DNA of 64,000 nt, from IMG/VR virus record IMGVR_UViG_3300018080_000120, one strand, 5' to 3'. Position numbers and translations under genes: made by a program. Positions 1 through 8,956 of the stretch are shown piece after piece (within the stretch, counting starts at the first letter, position 1; every line of letters starts with the position of its first letter). The notes under the pieces are model-generated. The model made no database searches and was not told where the DNA came from. It saw nothing but the letters and a program-made list of their open reading frames with translations. The DNA is from a virus. Lineage: Duplodnaviria > Heunggongvirae > Uroviricota > Caudoviricetes.

Positions 1-63
1 CGCGCAGGCGATATATGAAAAGCCACAGGTGCGGCTCGAGACCGTATCCATGGGAGGCGCAGT

Positions 64-255
64 ATGATATGTCCGAATTGTCTTCAACGTATTCGTCCGC
101 ACAGCCCAAATCAAAGAACTCTGAGGGGTGTGCCACAACATAAACGATGTCCAGGGCAAACGTCATATCGACAGATGCATCGCCAAAAGGTAACAGGCGA
201 CATCCAACACAAAGTCCGAGAGGCAAATAGACTCGGTGTTGCACTGGCAGCATAA
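64..255 (+). CDS. small ORF of uncertain reality in leader region
   Basis: ORF track only; no clear RBS; may be spurious or C-terminal fragment context. Confidence 0.2.
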   Translation: MICPNCLQRIRPHSPNQRTLRGVPQHKRCPGQTSYRQMHRQKVTGDIQHKVREANRLGVALAA

Positions 256-267
256 GAAAGGAGTCAA

Positions 268-789
268 ATGATGACGAAAGCAGAAGCAAAGATCGCATTT
301 CTTGAGATGGTGGCAAATACCCTCTTTTCGGTACTAAGAGGGTCGCAACTACCACCAATAGTTCATCCAAACATCAATAATGCAAACCATTTGGCACCGG
401 GGCGAATGTTCAAAGACGGAACGCTGAGGGGTTATGATATCGACGTGATATCCGATGGCGTGATAACGCAATTGAGATTTATTGAGCAAAACCCCAACAA
501 AACGGACGCATTCGGTAACCGGAGCACATATGCGATGATGGCATTGCAAGGACATCAAATCGTTTGGGCCATTGATCGCAGCACAAATAGATGGCTGGGC
601 CGGGTTCAGAACGGAAAATGGATTGCAAACGAGCCTCGCGCCTACTCGAACAGCCCCAAACAGGCGGTTGATCAGCATGGCTTGCAATATACCCAGTCAA
701 ACGGTCAGTGGGTAGACGAGTTGCAAAACATCGCACCAGGAGACATTCCGGGACATATTGAGCAGAGTGCCGAAGTTGAAGGTATATGA
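268..789 (+). CDS. hypothetical protein
   Basis: 173-aa ORF, RBS aaggag ~7 nt upstream, co-oriented operon. Confidence 0.55.
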   Translation: MMTKAEAKIAFLEMVANTLFSVLRGSQLPPIVHPNINNANHLAPGRMFKDGTLRGYDIDVISDGVITQLRFIEQNPNKTDAFGNRSTYAMMALQGHQIVWAIDRSTNRWLGRVQNGKWIANEPRAYSNSPKQAVDQHGLQYTQSNGQWVDELQNIAPGDIPGHIEQSAEVEGI

Positions 790-1127
790 AATTTGTAAAC
801 CAATACCATGGGATAGTCGAAAAGGTATCTCCGGATAAAACGAAGATTACCCTTCGACTTCCCAAAGGTGGACTTATCGAAGCTAAAAACGAAGGATTCG
901 AGGTTGGTGACCAAGTCTGCTTTTTAATGGATCCACTCGGGCGAAAAGTGATAAAAGTCACGCCAAAGATACTTGCGGATGTGCAGGTATTGATTGGCTC
1001 GAGTCCCGAACTACAAGGTGCTTTAATGGAAGTGCTGGAGGATGTGCGAGACGACGAGGATTTTAACGAGTTCGAATACGAACTAACGGAGTGGGAGGAG
1101 AACCATGGAGAATGTATTGTGGAGTAA
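786..1127 (+). CDS. hypothetical protein
   Basis: ATGA start/stop overlap with upstream gene; acidic C-terminus. Confidence 0.5.
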   Translation: MKFVNQYHGIVEKVSPDKTKITLRLPKGGLIEAKNEGFEVGDQVCFLMDPLGRKVIKVTPKILADVQVLIGSSPELQGALMEVLEDVRDDEDFNEFEYELTEWEENHGECIVE

Positions 1128-1680
1128 CCTGGGGACTGACGAATCCGGTGAGTTCGATAAATTCTATAATTATATGGAAAAGTCGGCAGAACCGGACTTG
1201 AAGTCTCTATTCACGCCGATACCAGTAGAAGACCCATATCTCCGAAAGGTGCTGATTGATGCTGCGGAGAAAATGGAGACTTTTCTGGAAAATCGAGCGA
1301 TCGACATAGGATATCGCGCCAGTCAGACGAGTGAACTCGGAATTGAGACTGACTATTTTCTGATGTCCAAAGGAGAGAATAAACCAATCATCCATGTGTT
1401 TAAATATCGCATGGATATGGAAAAATGGGCTTCCTGGTTGAAAGCTCATACTTACTTGGCGAATGAAGGCCCGTTCACAATAAGAAATCGGGGTATCCGG
1501 TTAACCTTCACAGGTGACAGCGCGGAAAAATACTCCAAACTGACGACAAGTATAAGTCGGAAAGGGTCTTCGTCGGTAGGGGATGACAACTTCCTCGACC
1601 TGAGAAATGCACCACCAACATTCGTTGTCCATAGGGACTATTTCAATAAAAAGGAATGGGTGGTTACTCAGGCAGGATAA
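1105..1680 (+). CDS. hypothetical protein
   Basis: 191-aa ORF overlapping upstream gene end (translational coupling). Confidence 0.5.
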   Translation: MENVLWSNLGTDESGEFDKFYNYMEKSAEPDLKSLFTPIPVEDPYLRKVLIDAAEKMETFLENRAIDIGYRASQTSELGIETDYFLMSKGENKPIIHVFKYRMDMEKWASWLKAHTYLANEGPFTIRNRGIRLTFTGDSAEKYSKLTTSISRKGSSSVGDDNFLDLRNAPPTFVVHRDYFNKKEWVVTQAG

Positions 1681-1846
1681 GAAATCCGCATTGCGGCTCA
1701 TCCCCGAATCTTTGGATGCTTTGCATAGTACCAAGGCCGTGCCGAGTGCCGATCGGTGCGTCGAGATACACTGGGTGCAAAGTAGGAAGGCTAATCATCA
1801 ATAACATTCCCAGACAAACATATTATTTCTTACGGAGGTATTTACT

Positions 1847-2503
1847 ATGGGAGAAATGCTATTTATCGGTACAGATTTAAGAGTTGCGAAAGACCCTGTT
1901 TTCATCCCCGGCGGAACCATTGAGGCCCCCAATCCGGACAAGAATCATGCCATGGTCACCCTGATGACCAACCGGAAGGTCGGAGATAAAGAGTATACAG
2001 ATGCCATCTCCGCCCATTTCTACGGAAAGTCCGCGTCCGTTGCTGCCAATTACCTGTGCAAGGGTAAACAGTGCAATCTTCGCGGTCGGCTTCAAGACTA
2101 TACCCAGGACACCGGCGTCGTAGACGCAAGTGGGAAGAAGATCATATACCGCAAGGTAGAGGTCATCGCCACGAAATTGGAACTGCTTGCAGACCCGATT
2201 TCCAAGATGGATGCAAACATCGCCGCCCTAAAACAGGCCGGTAGGCTCGTTGGTGACGTTACCGCCAAAGACATTCTGCCCCAGAAACACTCCATGGTCG
2301 AGTTCAATCCCGCAGCCGCCGCTTCCACAGGGAAGTATGCGCATGCGACAGTTTGGACGAAGGACCGGGGAACCTGGCAGGCCAATGGTCAGGCCGTTTC
2401 CACGCCCGCAGCCGGGGCTGACGAAGTCGCCCAGCTGAAGGCCCGCTTGGCCGCTCTGGAAGCCAATGGTGCCGCCGCTGGTAGTACCGCCTCGCCGTTC
2501 TAA
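1847..2503 (+). CDS. SSB-like OB-fold single-stranded DNA-binding protein (divergent, Ala/Gly-rich tail ending SPF)
   Basis: N-terminal pattern MLFIGT.LRVAKDP...TLMTNRK...YRKVEVIATKLELL resembles SSB OB fold; flexible A/G-rich C-tail; strong RBS ggaggt. Confidence 0.55.
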   Translation: MGEMLFIGTDLRVAKDPVFIPGGTIEAPNPDKNHAMVTLMTNRKVGDKEYTDAISAHFYGKSASVAANYLCKGKQCNLRGRLQDYTQDTGVVDASGKKIIYRKVEVIATKLELLADPISKMDANIAALKQAGRLVGDVTAKDILPQKHSMVEFNPAAAASTGKYAHATVWTKDRGTWQANGQAVSTPAAGADEVAQLKARLAALEANGAAAGSTASPF

Positions 2504-2544
2504 TACGGTCTGTGCTGAACCTTGGGGATACCCTGCCCATTATG

Positions 2545-2570
2545 GGTGGGGTTCCCCACCTTTTTTTGTT
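2545..2570 (+). terminator. rho-independent terminator
   Basis: GGTGGGG/CCCCACC stem followed by TTTTTTTGTTTTT directly after SSB-like gene stop. Confidence 0.6.
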
Positions 2571-2629
2571 TTTCTACCGAAAAATTTTACTATCTATCCC
2601 GTATTAATTTACTATATAGGAGTTAATCT

Positions 2630-3118
2630 ATGTTAAGTTCCGACTTTCCTTTTGCCGGATTTGTCTTAATTGTAGGATGCATTGTCTTTATTTGCTTGTG
2701 TCCTATTGTTGGAGTTCCGGTTATCTTGACCTGGCTGGTTTTGAACAATAAGGACCGGTTTCATGCGTTATTCTGTGAACCTAATGGCGGCGTTTCTATG
2801 GTTAGAACTTCTAAATTAAAGGAAATGGAGCAAGAATTGGAAGAAAAGGACGAATTTGTTGACCCCGTGGCGGAAAATTATAAGAAAGAGGTCGAAAGTC
2901 TGCTAAAACCGGGGTTTGATCAAAGCCCGGAGTGGCAAAAAGAGACGGAAGAGCTGCGAAAACAGCTAAAAGAAAGGCAAGAAAAGGCTAAAAAAGAAGA
3001 GAAGGAAGATTTAGAGCGCGAAAAGCGTGAAAAAGACGGATATACCGAAGAAATTAAGCAAAAAGTCGATGAAAAAGTCCAAAAAGTGCACTCTTCGTGG
3101 GTCTCCGGTTATTTTTAG
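2630..3118 (+). CDS. membrane-anchored protein with K/E-rich coiled-coil tail
   Basis: N-terminal hydrophobic segment then long lysine/glutamate-rich region. Confidence 0.55.
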   Translation: MLSSDFPFAGFVLIVGCIVFICLCPIVGVPVILTWLVLNNKDRFHALFCEPNGGVSMVRTSKLKEMEQELEEKDEFVDPVAENYKKEVESLLKPGFDQSPEWQKETEELRKQLKERQEKAKKEEKEDLEREKREKDGYTEEIKQKVDEKVQKVHSSWVSGYF

Positions 3119-3279
3119 TAGTGAAATTCCGATTTTTGAGCAATTTTGACGATTTTTTCAAGCAAAATACGATTTTTCGTCAAAAAACCGAATTCTTTTG
3201 AACAAAACGCTAATTTTTCGAAAATTTTGCTATTTTTAGCAAGCAAAATGACCATTTTTTCGATTTTGGGGGTAAAAAA
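3119..3279 (+). repeat. intergenic tandem array of ~7 degenerate ~20-22 bp units (GATTTTTY...CAAAAW)
   Basis: visible repeats: cgatttttgagcaattttgac / gattttttcaagcaaaatac / gatttttcgtcaaaaaacc / gaattcttttgaacaaaacgc / taatttttcgaaaattttgc / tatttttagcaagcaaaatgacc / attttttcgattttggg. Confidence 0.6.
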
Positions 3280-3281
3280 CC

Positions 3282-4034
3282 ATGGAAATATCAGCTCTGT
3301 CAAATAACCCATATGTTGTCAATATTTTTCCTGAACCAGAGAAAATTTCTGATATCAATGATGTGATCCAGAGCATTTTACCCTCGAACGACCTATTTGA
3401 CACAATCAGCGCCATTCAGAACGCTCAGATGGAACTTTTCCGCATTTCGGCGGGGGTAGATTATGGCAAAGCCAGTAGCCTGGATTATGTAAAATACCTG
3501 CAACAAGGAAATCCAAGAATAAAGGCTCTGGCCATGTCTATCGTTAGTCCGTGGGATAGTAATGACACCAAAATGTATAAACTGGAACAATGGGTCATTA
3601 ATAATATTGATTATGTATCTGACTGGGAAAATTATGGTCAGGATGAATACTGGGCTTACCCGACTCAAACTCTGGATCGCATGTCGGGGGATTGTGAAGA
3701 TGGCGCATTTTTACTCCATTCTCTTGCTCTTGCTGCTGGTGTTCCAGCTGAGAGGCTTCGAACTTATGGAGGTCTCGTTTTTAATCCCTATGGAACTCAA
3801 GCCGCTGGCCATGGTTGGACTTCATATCAAAGAGAATCAGATGATGAATGGATCGTAATGGACTGGTGTTATTGGCCAGAAGATTCTCCCGTCGGGGAAA
3901 GAACCCCTATGACGGAAGCTTTAAAATATATCGATGATTTCTTCTTCGTAAGTGCAAAAGAAGGAACAGTAGAAACTCCTTACTCAAATAGAGTGAGATA
4001 CGCAATGGGAGATCTCGTCAATATTTTCGCCTAA
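3282..4034 (+). CDS. transglutaminase-like cysteine protease/transglutaminase superfamily protein
   Basis: GDCEDGAFLLHSLALAAGVPAERLRTYGG (Cys core), GHGW (His), WIVMDW (Asp) = Cys-His-Asp triad of TGase-like fold. Confidence 0.7.
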   Translation: MEISALSNNPYVVNIFPEPEKISDINDVIQSILPSNDLFDTISAIQNAQMELFRISAGVDYGKASSLDYVKYLQQGNPRIKALAMSIVSPWDSNDTKMYKLEQWVINNIDYVSDWENYGQDEYWAYPTQTLDRMSGDCEDGAFLLHSLALAAGVPAERLRTYGGLVFNPYGTQAAGHGWTSYQRESDDEWIVMDWCYWPEDSPVGERTPMTEALKYIDDFFFVSAKEGTVETPYSNRVRYAMGDLVNIFA

Positions 4035-4264
4035 AATCGAAAAAGTGTAACAGTTTAGGGAATGTTCAGCCACCCCCCTATAAAATGGCGACCTCGATAT
4101 AACCCGGTAAAATTTGGTCTCCCCGGCTGGCAAAACCACATAATATATAATAATATCATAAACATACAAAATCAGGTATTTTACCATGAAAATAATACTT
4201 ACATTATGGCTGGTATTTACATTATACCATATAATATTAATATATATACATTAGGAGATAAACC

Positions 4265-4390
4265 ATGAAAGATAAAACAAGGGAAAATATAACCATAGGA
4301 TTTATTATTGGTACGGCTATGGTTATAATATTACTATATTTCTTTGGCGATATGGTGGTAGATTGGTTGTTCCACAAACTAATGTGCTGA
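4265..4390 (+). CDS. small hydrophobic protein (41 aa)
   Basis: RBS ttaggagataaacc-ATG; one TM segment; below ORF-track size cutoff. Confidence 0.35.
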   Translation: MKDKTRENITIGFIIGTAMVIILLYFFGDMVVDWLFHKLMC

Positions 4391-4649
4391 ACACCATATA
4401 AATGTAAAATACCCTATAGTTTATAGGAGGATAGAATGATCTGGAAATTATTCGATTATACTTGCATTTGCGTCATGGACCGATATATCGACGGCTGGTA
4501 TTGTTTGGTTGTCGATTATTGGCTTTGTTACATGTTTTATTGATCTATGGGAGAATAGACCATGAAAAAAGTAATGTTGTATGTTTGTATATATGTGGTT
4601 TCGTTGATGGCTTGCACGGCTTTATTTATATGGTTGGATATACTATGAT

Positions 4650-5133
4650 TTATATTTATATATATATGCCGATCAAATTTTCAGTTCCGCAAAAAATTTT
4701 CGATCGATAAGTTTGGTCGGCCGATCGATGAGAATGTGTGGTCGATCGATACCCTGACGCATACATATATATAAGTAAATATATCATAATAAAATACAAT
4801 ATCAATAACTTAAACCATTACAAACCATACTCAAACCCTACATTTCTAATACTACATATCAAATTGTCCAATCATATCTGGCGTTTATCCTATTACACTT
4901 CTATATATACCCCGTATTCTTTTACTCTACTCTATTATATAAAATAAGTAAATAAATCAAGTAGTTGAATAGGTCAAAAATGGTGTAAAAATACCATAAT
5001 AATATCAACTATTTGGCAGACGATAAATATACCATAAATAAGGCGAAAATACCGAAAAATAGGCATACATATATAAATATATATTAATAGATATTTAAAC
5101 TATTGCCATTATTATGTAAAAGGAGATAACTTT
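4650..5133. promoter_or_regulatory. AT-rich non-coding region with iterons (candidate origin/regulatory region)
   Basis: three CGATCGAT copies at ~4702, ~4723, ~4743 (~21 bp spacing); AAATACCATAA-like repeats at ~4985-5060; no convincing ORF. Confidence 0.4.
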
Positions 5134-5301
5134 ATGACAGAATGGTTGAATAGATTAACGATTCAATTAGCTGGAATCTACGACTATCTCGTGAGCTTAC
5201 CAAAGGAAATATATCACTGGTTTATATCTCTAAGCCCATTGGCTCAGATAGGATTAGTATTATTAATTATTGCTGCCATCATAATAATGCTTGACGAATA
5301 G
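5134..5301 (+). CDS. small membrane protein (55 aa)
   Basis: RBS aaaggagataac; hydrophobic C-terminal half; in-frame 168 nt. Confidence 0.4.
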   Translation: MTEWLNRLTIQLAGIYDYLVSLPKEIYHWFISLSPLAQIGLVLLIIAAIIIMLDE

Positions 5302-5335
5302 TCACTAATAAATAAAAAGGAGGTTTTATTCTATT

Positions 5336-5788
5336 ATGAAATTATTTAGTATTATACTTTGTATAAGTTTACTTTACATGATGATTCACCCCGCGGCGAT
5401 CGCAGCAGAGGGGAGCACCATTTTCTGTTTCGAATGTAGTTATCCATGTTGGAGTGATGCAAAAGGCAATCATGCCACTTCCAAAAAATATCCTATGGAA
5501 TTCAAATTCGTATGGAAACTGGGAGAACGTAATGCCACAATGATAGGAAACGTTGGAACAGCTGAAGTGGCTGCCATACAAAACGCTTGTGGTATCACGT
5601 TTGTTGAGATAACAAATACTGGGAATGTCACAGCAACCACGATTAATCTCGAACAAATAAAAGAAATTAAAAAGAATGGCATCTTACAATATGTAATAAC
5701 TGAATCAGTTCACAGCCGTAACACTATAATGCCAGATGGATATCAAACATGGTGCCAATATTACGGAACTTGTGTTATTAAAAGATAA
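5336..5788 (+). CDS. secreted Cys-containing protein with signal peptide
   Basis: N-terminal MKLFSIILCISLLYMMIHPAAIAA signal; RBS aaaaggagg. Confidence 0.55.
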   Translation: MKLFSIILCISLLYMMIHPAAIAAEGSTIFCFECSYPCWSDAKGNHATSKKYPMEFKFVWKLGERNATMIGNVGTAEVAAIQNACGITFVEITNTGNVTATTINLEQIKEIKKNGILQYVITESVHSRNTIMPDGYQTWCQYYGTCVIKR

Positions 5789-5888
5789 GAATGCAAAAAA
5801 ACATAGGTATATTAATAATAGTGATATTTATTATCCTATGGATAATTGAAGGATAAACTATTGCCATATTTGGAGAAAAGAGGAAAAT

Positions 5889-6215
5889 ATGAGACAAAAA
5901 AGGGCTATCTCAATACTCAATCGATTGAAACTAACGTGGGATGAGAAAGAACAGGAAATGTTAATAGATGACCCATTTCCGAAAATCTCAGCGGATGAAT
6001 ATGAAGACTTAATTCAAGGATGTGACATGAGTGGGTCTCCAGGTCATGATGAACAACAAATTCTAAATCTACTTAAGGCAGCCTATCCAGTAATTCCTTT
6101 CAATATAATTAAACAATTGGAAGGTAGAAAATTACAAGGATTCAGCTATGATCGAAAAAAAGGTGTACTTATAGATATATCAGAAGAAAAAGTATATAAG
6201 TATCCAGAAGAATAG
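5889..6215 (+). CDS. hypothetical protein
   Basis: 108-aa ORF with RBS ggagaaaagagg. Confidence 0.5.
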   Translation: MRQKRAISILNRLKLTWDEKEQEMLIDDPFPKISADEYEDLIQGCDMSGSPGHDEQQILNLLKAAYPVIPFNIIKQLEGRKLQGFSYDRKKGVLIDISEEKVYKYPEE

Positions 6216-6217
6216 TC

Positions 6218-6255
6218 TTTACCAGAAAACATTTTACCCCGCGGCGATCCGCGGG
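6218..6255 (+). promoter_or_regulatory. family-1 upstream element E1 (TTTACCAGAAAACATTTTACC box + CCCCGCGGCGATCCGCGGG hairpin)
   Basis: perfect 7-bp GC stem, CGAT loop, ends 11 nt before ATG 6267 within SD. Confidence 0.7.
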
Positions 6256-6266
6256 AGGAGGAGAAA

Positions 6267-6674
6267 ATGAGCTTAAAAAAATGGATAATAGTAGATTTTG
6301 ACTGCTATCATGGTTGTAATAATCCAGAATTTAATCCAGGATGTGATGAGTCTTCAATCCGAATCAAAATTGATGCAGATTTAAGCAAGGAATACGATTT
6401 GTTCAAAAAGTACATGAAGATACCTTGTCCTCGCTGTGGTAAAGTTGGCGAGCAGAAGAGAAGTGGTTGGTGGGAAGTATCAAATAATGGCAAAATGAAA
6501 GACTATGATGGGTCTTTCTTCACATCAGCACATGTCCAAGATTACACAATAGAAATGATGGAAGCAAAAATCCAAGAAATTGATCATTCAATAGAGGCGC
6601 TAAAGAGGGAAAGAAAGGCTTTTGAAAAGAAAAAGGAGTTAGTCACGGAATGGGTAGAAATTCATAGAAATTAA
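6267..6674 (+). CDS. hypothetical Cys-containing protein (paralog of 12190..12597)
   Basis: 135 aa; about 60% identity to 12190 product (MSLKKWIIVDFDCYHGCNNPEF...PCPRCGKVGE). Confidence 0.65.
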   Translation: MSLKKWIIVDFDCYHGCNNPEFNPGCDESSIRIKIDADLSKEYDLFKKYMKIPCPRCGKVGEQKRSGWWEVSNNGKMKDYDGSFFTSAHVQDYTIEMMEAKIQEIDHSIEALKRERKAFEKKKELVTEWVEIHRN

Positions 6675-6681
6675 AGAATTA

Positions 6682-6703
6682 TTCACTCGCGGGCGATCCG
6701 CGG
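6682..6703 (+). promoter_or_regulatory. family-1 upstream element E2 (TTCACTCGCGGGCGATCCGCGG)
   Basis: hairpin CGCGG-GCGATC-CGCGG 14 nt before ATG 6718. Confidence 0.65.
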
Positions 6704-6717
6704 CGAGGAGATAAAAT

Positions 6718-7170
6718 ATGAGAAATGAACAGGGCTGGATAGTTATAGCCGAAACAAAAGATATTCCAGATGGCAACTATCTTCTGTCGTGGTGGTTTGA
6801 TGGCACTGGAGCGTATCCGGTACAGATTAAGGATGGTAAGGTGGCGCCTTATACCAGCTTTCGGGAGCCACAACCACTTTCTGTATTTAACAATTATCAC
6901 CTGCTTGAAGATACAAAAGAGCGAACCGTGTTCTATGAGGTAAACTACGACAGTGCAACGAATGTAGGACCTGCCACAGCCTACGGATCCACTCACCAAA
7001 TAGGATACTATAGAACATTACTCAATGCGAAGAAAGCGGCGGAAAAACATCGTGGGGGTGAGAAGATAGAGTGGGCTCCAAGTGAGGATGCTCTGACATG
7101 TAGATATTATATCAAAGAACAGTCCCGCAATGTTAAATATGAAATAATAGCACATTTGTTTGATGATTAA
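6718..7170 (+). CDS. hypothetical protein (N-terminus duplicated as remnant at 9285)
   Basis: 150 aa; first ~17 aa nearly identical to 9285..9395 remnant. Confidence 0.6.
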   Translation: MRNEQGWIVIAETKDIPDGNYLLSWWFDGTGAYPVQIKDGKVAPYTSFREPQPLSVFNNYHLLEDTKERTVFYEVNYDSATNVGPATAYGSTHQIGYYRTLLNAKKAAEKHRGGEKIEWAPSEDALTCRYYIKEQSRNVKYEIIAHLFDD

Positions 7171-7186
7171 TTTTAAGGAGAATAAT

Positions 7187-7384
7187 ATGTTAGAAACATT
7201 GACCGGAAAGAGAAGATTCCGTAAAGGATTCTTTGGTAAGTTAATACTTCAAGTAGAAGTCACAGCAGAATTCGATACGGAGATATGTCCAGGAATAGGG
7301 GATATCGAGAGAAGAGAAGTTACTGGATATCGGGATGCAACTATTGAAGACTTAACCGTACATGATAATGTAAAAGGAGAATAA
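7187..7384 (+). CDS. hypothetical small protein
   Basis: RBS ttaaggagaataat-ATG; 65 aa. Confidence 0.5.
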   Translation: MLETLTGKRRFRKGFFGKLILQVEVTAEFDTEICPGIGDIERREVTGYRDATIEDLTVHDNVKGE

Positions 7385-7385
7385 A

Positions 7386-7505
7386 ATGCCAGAAGCATTA
7401 AAACAAATGATGTGGTGTGTATTTGGAATACTTGCAATTTATGTAGGCATATATCTTTTGTTTAGTATTCCTGTTATAGTATATAAACTTATAGAACGTT
7501 TATAA
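7386..7505 (+). CDS. small membrane protein (39 aa)
   Basis: RBS aaaaggagaataaa-ATG; single TM. Confidence 0.35.
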   Translation: MPEALKQMMWCVFGILAIYVGIYLLFSIPVIVYKLIERL

Positions 7506-7510
7506 GAGCT

Positions 7511-7546
7511 TTTACCAGAAAACATTTTACCCCGCGGCGATCCGCG
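7511..7546 (+). promoter_or_regulatory. family-1 upstream element E3 (TTTACCAGAAAACATTTTACCCCGCGGCGATCCGCG)
   Basis: second copy of extended box + hairpin, ends 12 nt before ATG 7559. Confidence 0.7.
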
Positions 7547-7558
7547 TTAGAGGTGATA

Positions 7559-7882
7559 ATGAAAGAACCAGAAATAATAAAAGAGTATCAAGTCAGAACT
7601 ATGCGAAAATGGGTAGAGTTAGGGCCAAATCGCAGATGTCCAAGATACTGGCGAGATATAATCTGCTCAAAATCAAGGAGATGCGTCTGCCTTAGAGATG
7701 TTGAAACCCCATGGTGCTGGGGATGTGCGGATTGTGAAAGATTTTTCCCAAAGGTAAGCCGTGGTATGAAGGAAAACAGTGATAACTTTCCTTGTCCTTG
7801 TGACTTATATGGCAAAGAGCAAGTTGTAAAAATGGCAAAAAAGTATATCAGAGGATGGGAAGAACAAAGTTATGAGCAATAG
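7559..7882 (+). CDS. Cys-rich small protein
   Basis: multiple Cys pairs (CPRYW...CVCLRDVETPWCWGCADC). Confidence 0.55.
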   Translation: MKEPEIIKEYQVRTMRKWVELGPNRRCPRYWRDIICSKSRRCVCLRDVETPWCWGCADCERFFPKVSRGMKENSDNFPCPCDLYGKEQVVKMAKKYIRGWEEQSYEQ

Positions 7883-7890
7883 CCTGATTA

Positions 7891-7911
7891 TTCACCCGCA
7901 GGCGATCCGCG
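7891..7911 (+). promoter_or_regulatory. family-1 upstream element E4 (TTCACCCGCAGGCGATCCGCG)
   Basis: degenerate hairpin 14 nt before ATG 7926. Confidence 0.6.
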
Positions 7912-7925
7912 TTAAGGAGGTGAGT

Positions 7926-8582
7926 ATGTATAAATATATAGTATTACTAATCAGTATGTTATGTCTGGTAGCATGTGCTCCTTCTTATGAAGAATTGTGT
8001 GAGAAACGTACTAAGATAGAAACTGAATTAGTGCTCTGGGCTAATTGTAGGAGTAGTTTCGCTCAGACATCTAATATGATACAGAAAATCCGCGAACTGG
8101 ATAAAATCACTGCTGAAATAGAGAAACACTATCCAGCCAAATGCCAGCAGGAATTAGAAGAGAATAAACCAAAAGTGGTAAAAACCTATGACAGTTTTAT
8201 AATAACTTCTGATGGATATGTTATCGAGGCAGATAAGAGAACATATTTCTACGAAGGATATGAGTATGGAAGGCGCTGTAGCTGTCTATTCGACGATCTA
8301 AGTGTATTATATGAGGACTACGACCTAAACGCCGTCCACGAGCTGGTCGCAACATATCCAAGGTGCTTCACACCTGTGAAAGCATGGACTCTTGGAGTAC
8401 TGTGTAATAAGCCAGAGAAACTGCCTGAAGGATATACATACTCAGGAATGCATAAAATAAGATTTAGCGGGTCATATAAAAAATACTATGCACATGCAAA
8501 ACAACTATTCATGTTCCAGACTTATCAAGAACCAAAACCCAAATATTTAGATATAGGAGAAGACTACGAGTTGGTAGAATAG
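7926..8582 (+). CDS. lipoprotein
   Basis: MYKYIVLLISMLCLVAC lipobox signal peptide. Confidence 0.55.
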   Translation: MYKYIVLLISMLCLVACAPSYEELCEKRTKIETELVLWANCRSSFAQTSNMIQKIRELDKITAEIEKHYPAKCQQELEENKPKVVKTYDSFIITSDGYVIEADKRTYFYEGYEYGRRCSCLFDDLSVLYEDYDLNAVHELVATYPRCFTPVKAWTLGVLCNKPEKLPEGYTYSGMHKIRFSGSYKKYYAHAKQLFMFQTYQEPKPKYLDIGEDYELVE

Positions 8583-8627
8583 TATATAACTATATATACC
8601 TAACTATTTTAGGCATTTAACACTCTA
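8581..8627 (+). repeat. family-2 upstream element A (AGTATATAACTATATATACCTAACTATTTT...)
   Basis: shares AAGTATRTATTACTAAYTATTT box with copies at 8891 and 9388. Confidence 0.5.
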
Positions 8628-8639
8628 TTGGAGGGCCAT

Positions 8640-8861
8640 ATGATTACACTGAAAGAAGGGGACATTTGCCCAGAATGTGAGAGGGGGCATTTAAAGCCAG
8701 CTGTGAAGGATATAAACTTTACATGTAAGGGTAAAGTGTTCTTTTCAGAAGAAAATATGGCCATACTACGCTGTGATCTATGTGACTATAAAACCTTTAG
8801 GGATAGGGCAAAAAGCGAAGAAATCGAAAAGGCCCTTATAGCGTTTCGAGAAAAGATGTAA
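8640..8861 (+). CDS. zinc-ribbon small protein
   Basis: CPECERG...CDLCDY; SD ggaggg 5 nt upstream. Confidence 0.55.
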   Translation: MITLKEGDICPECERGHLKPAVKDINFTCKGKVFFSEENMAILRCDLCDYKTFRDRAKSEEIEKALIAFREKM

Positions 8862-8890
8862 AAGGGCATAAATTGTATCTATGTATGTAT

Positions 8891-8951
8891 AAGTATATAT
8901 TACTAACTATTTGCTGAGCCATATCAGTGGTTTAGCAGTGATCAAGGAGGG
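8891..8951 (+). repeat. family-2 upstream element B (AAGTATATATTACTAACTATTT ... GTTTAGCAGTGATCAAGGAGGG)
   Basis: two conserved boxes; ends 5 nt before ATG 8957. Confidence 0.6.
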
Positions 8952-8956
8952 TCAGA

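Noticed and set aside
479-961. Minus-strand ORFs 349..687, 479..961 and 705..914
   Set aside because: They overlap well-supported + strand ORFs with an RBS. They are shadow ORFs.
4035-4265. Possible tRNA gene in the intergenic region after the transglutaminase-like gene
   Set aside because: No acceptor-stem/T-arm pairing or a GTTC..A..CC signature could be assembled by eye. Other spacers (34460-34620, 8862-8956) likewise lack tRNA features.
4462-4947. Track ORFs 4462..4710 and 4738..4947 in the AT-rich island
   Set aside because: Their translations are low-complexity (I/Y/L/N-rich) and read through the CGATCGAT iterons and TATA runs, with no RBS. The region is more consistent with non-coding DNA.
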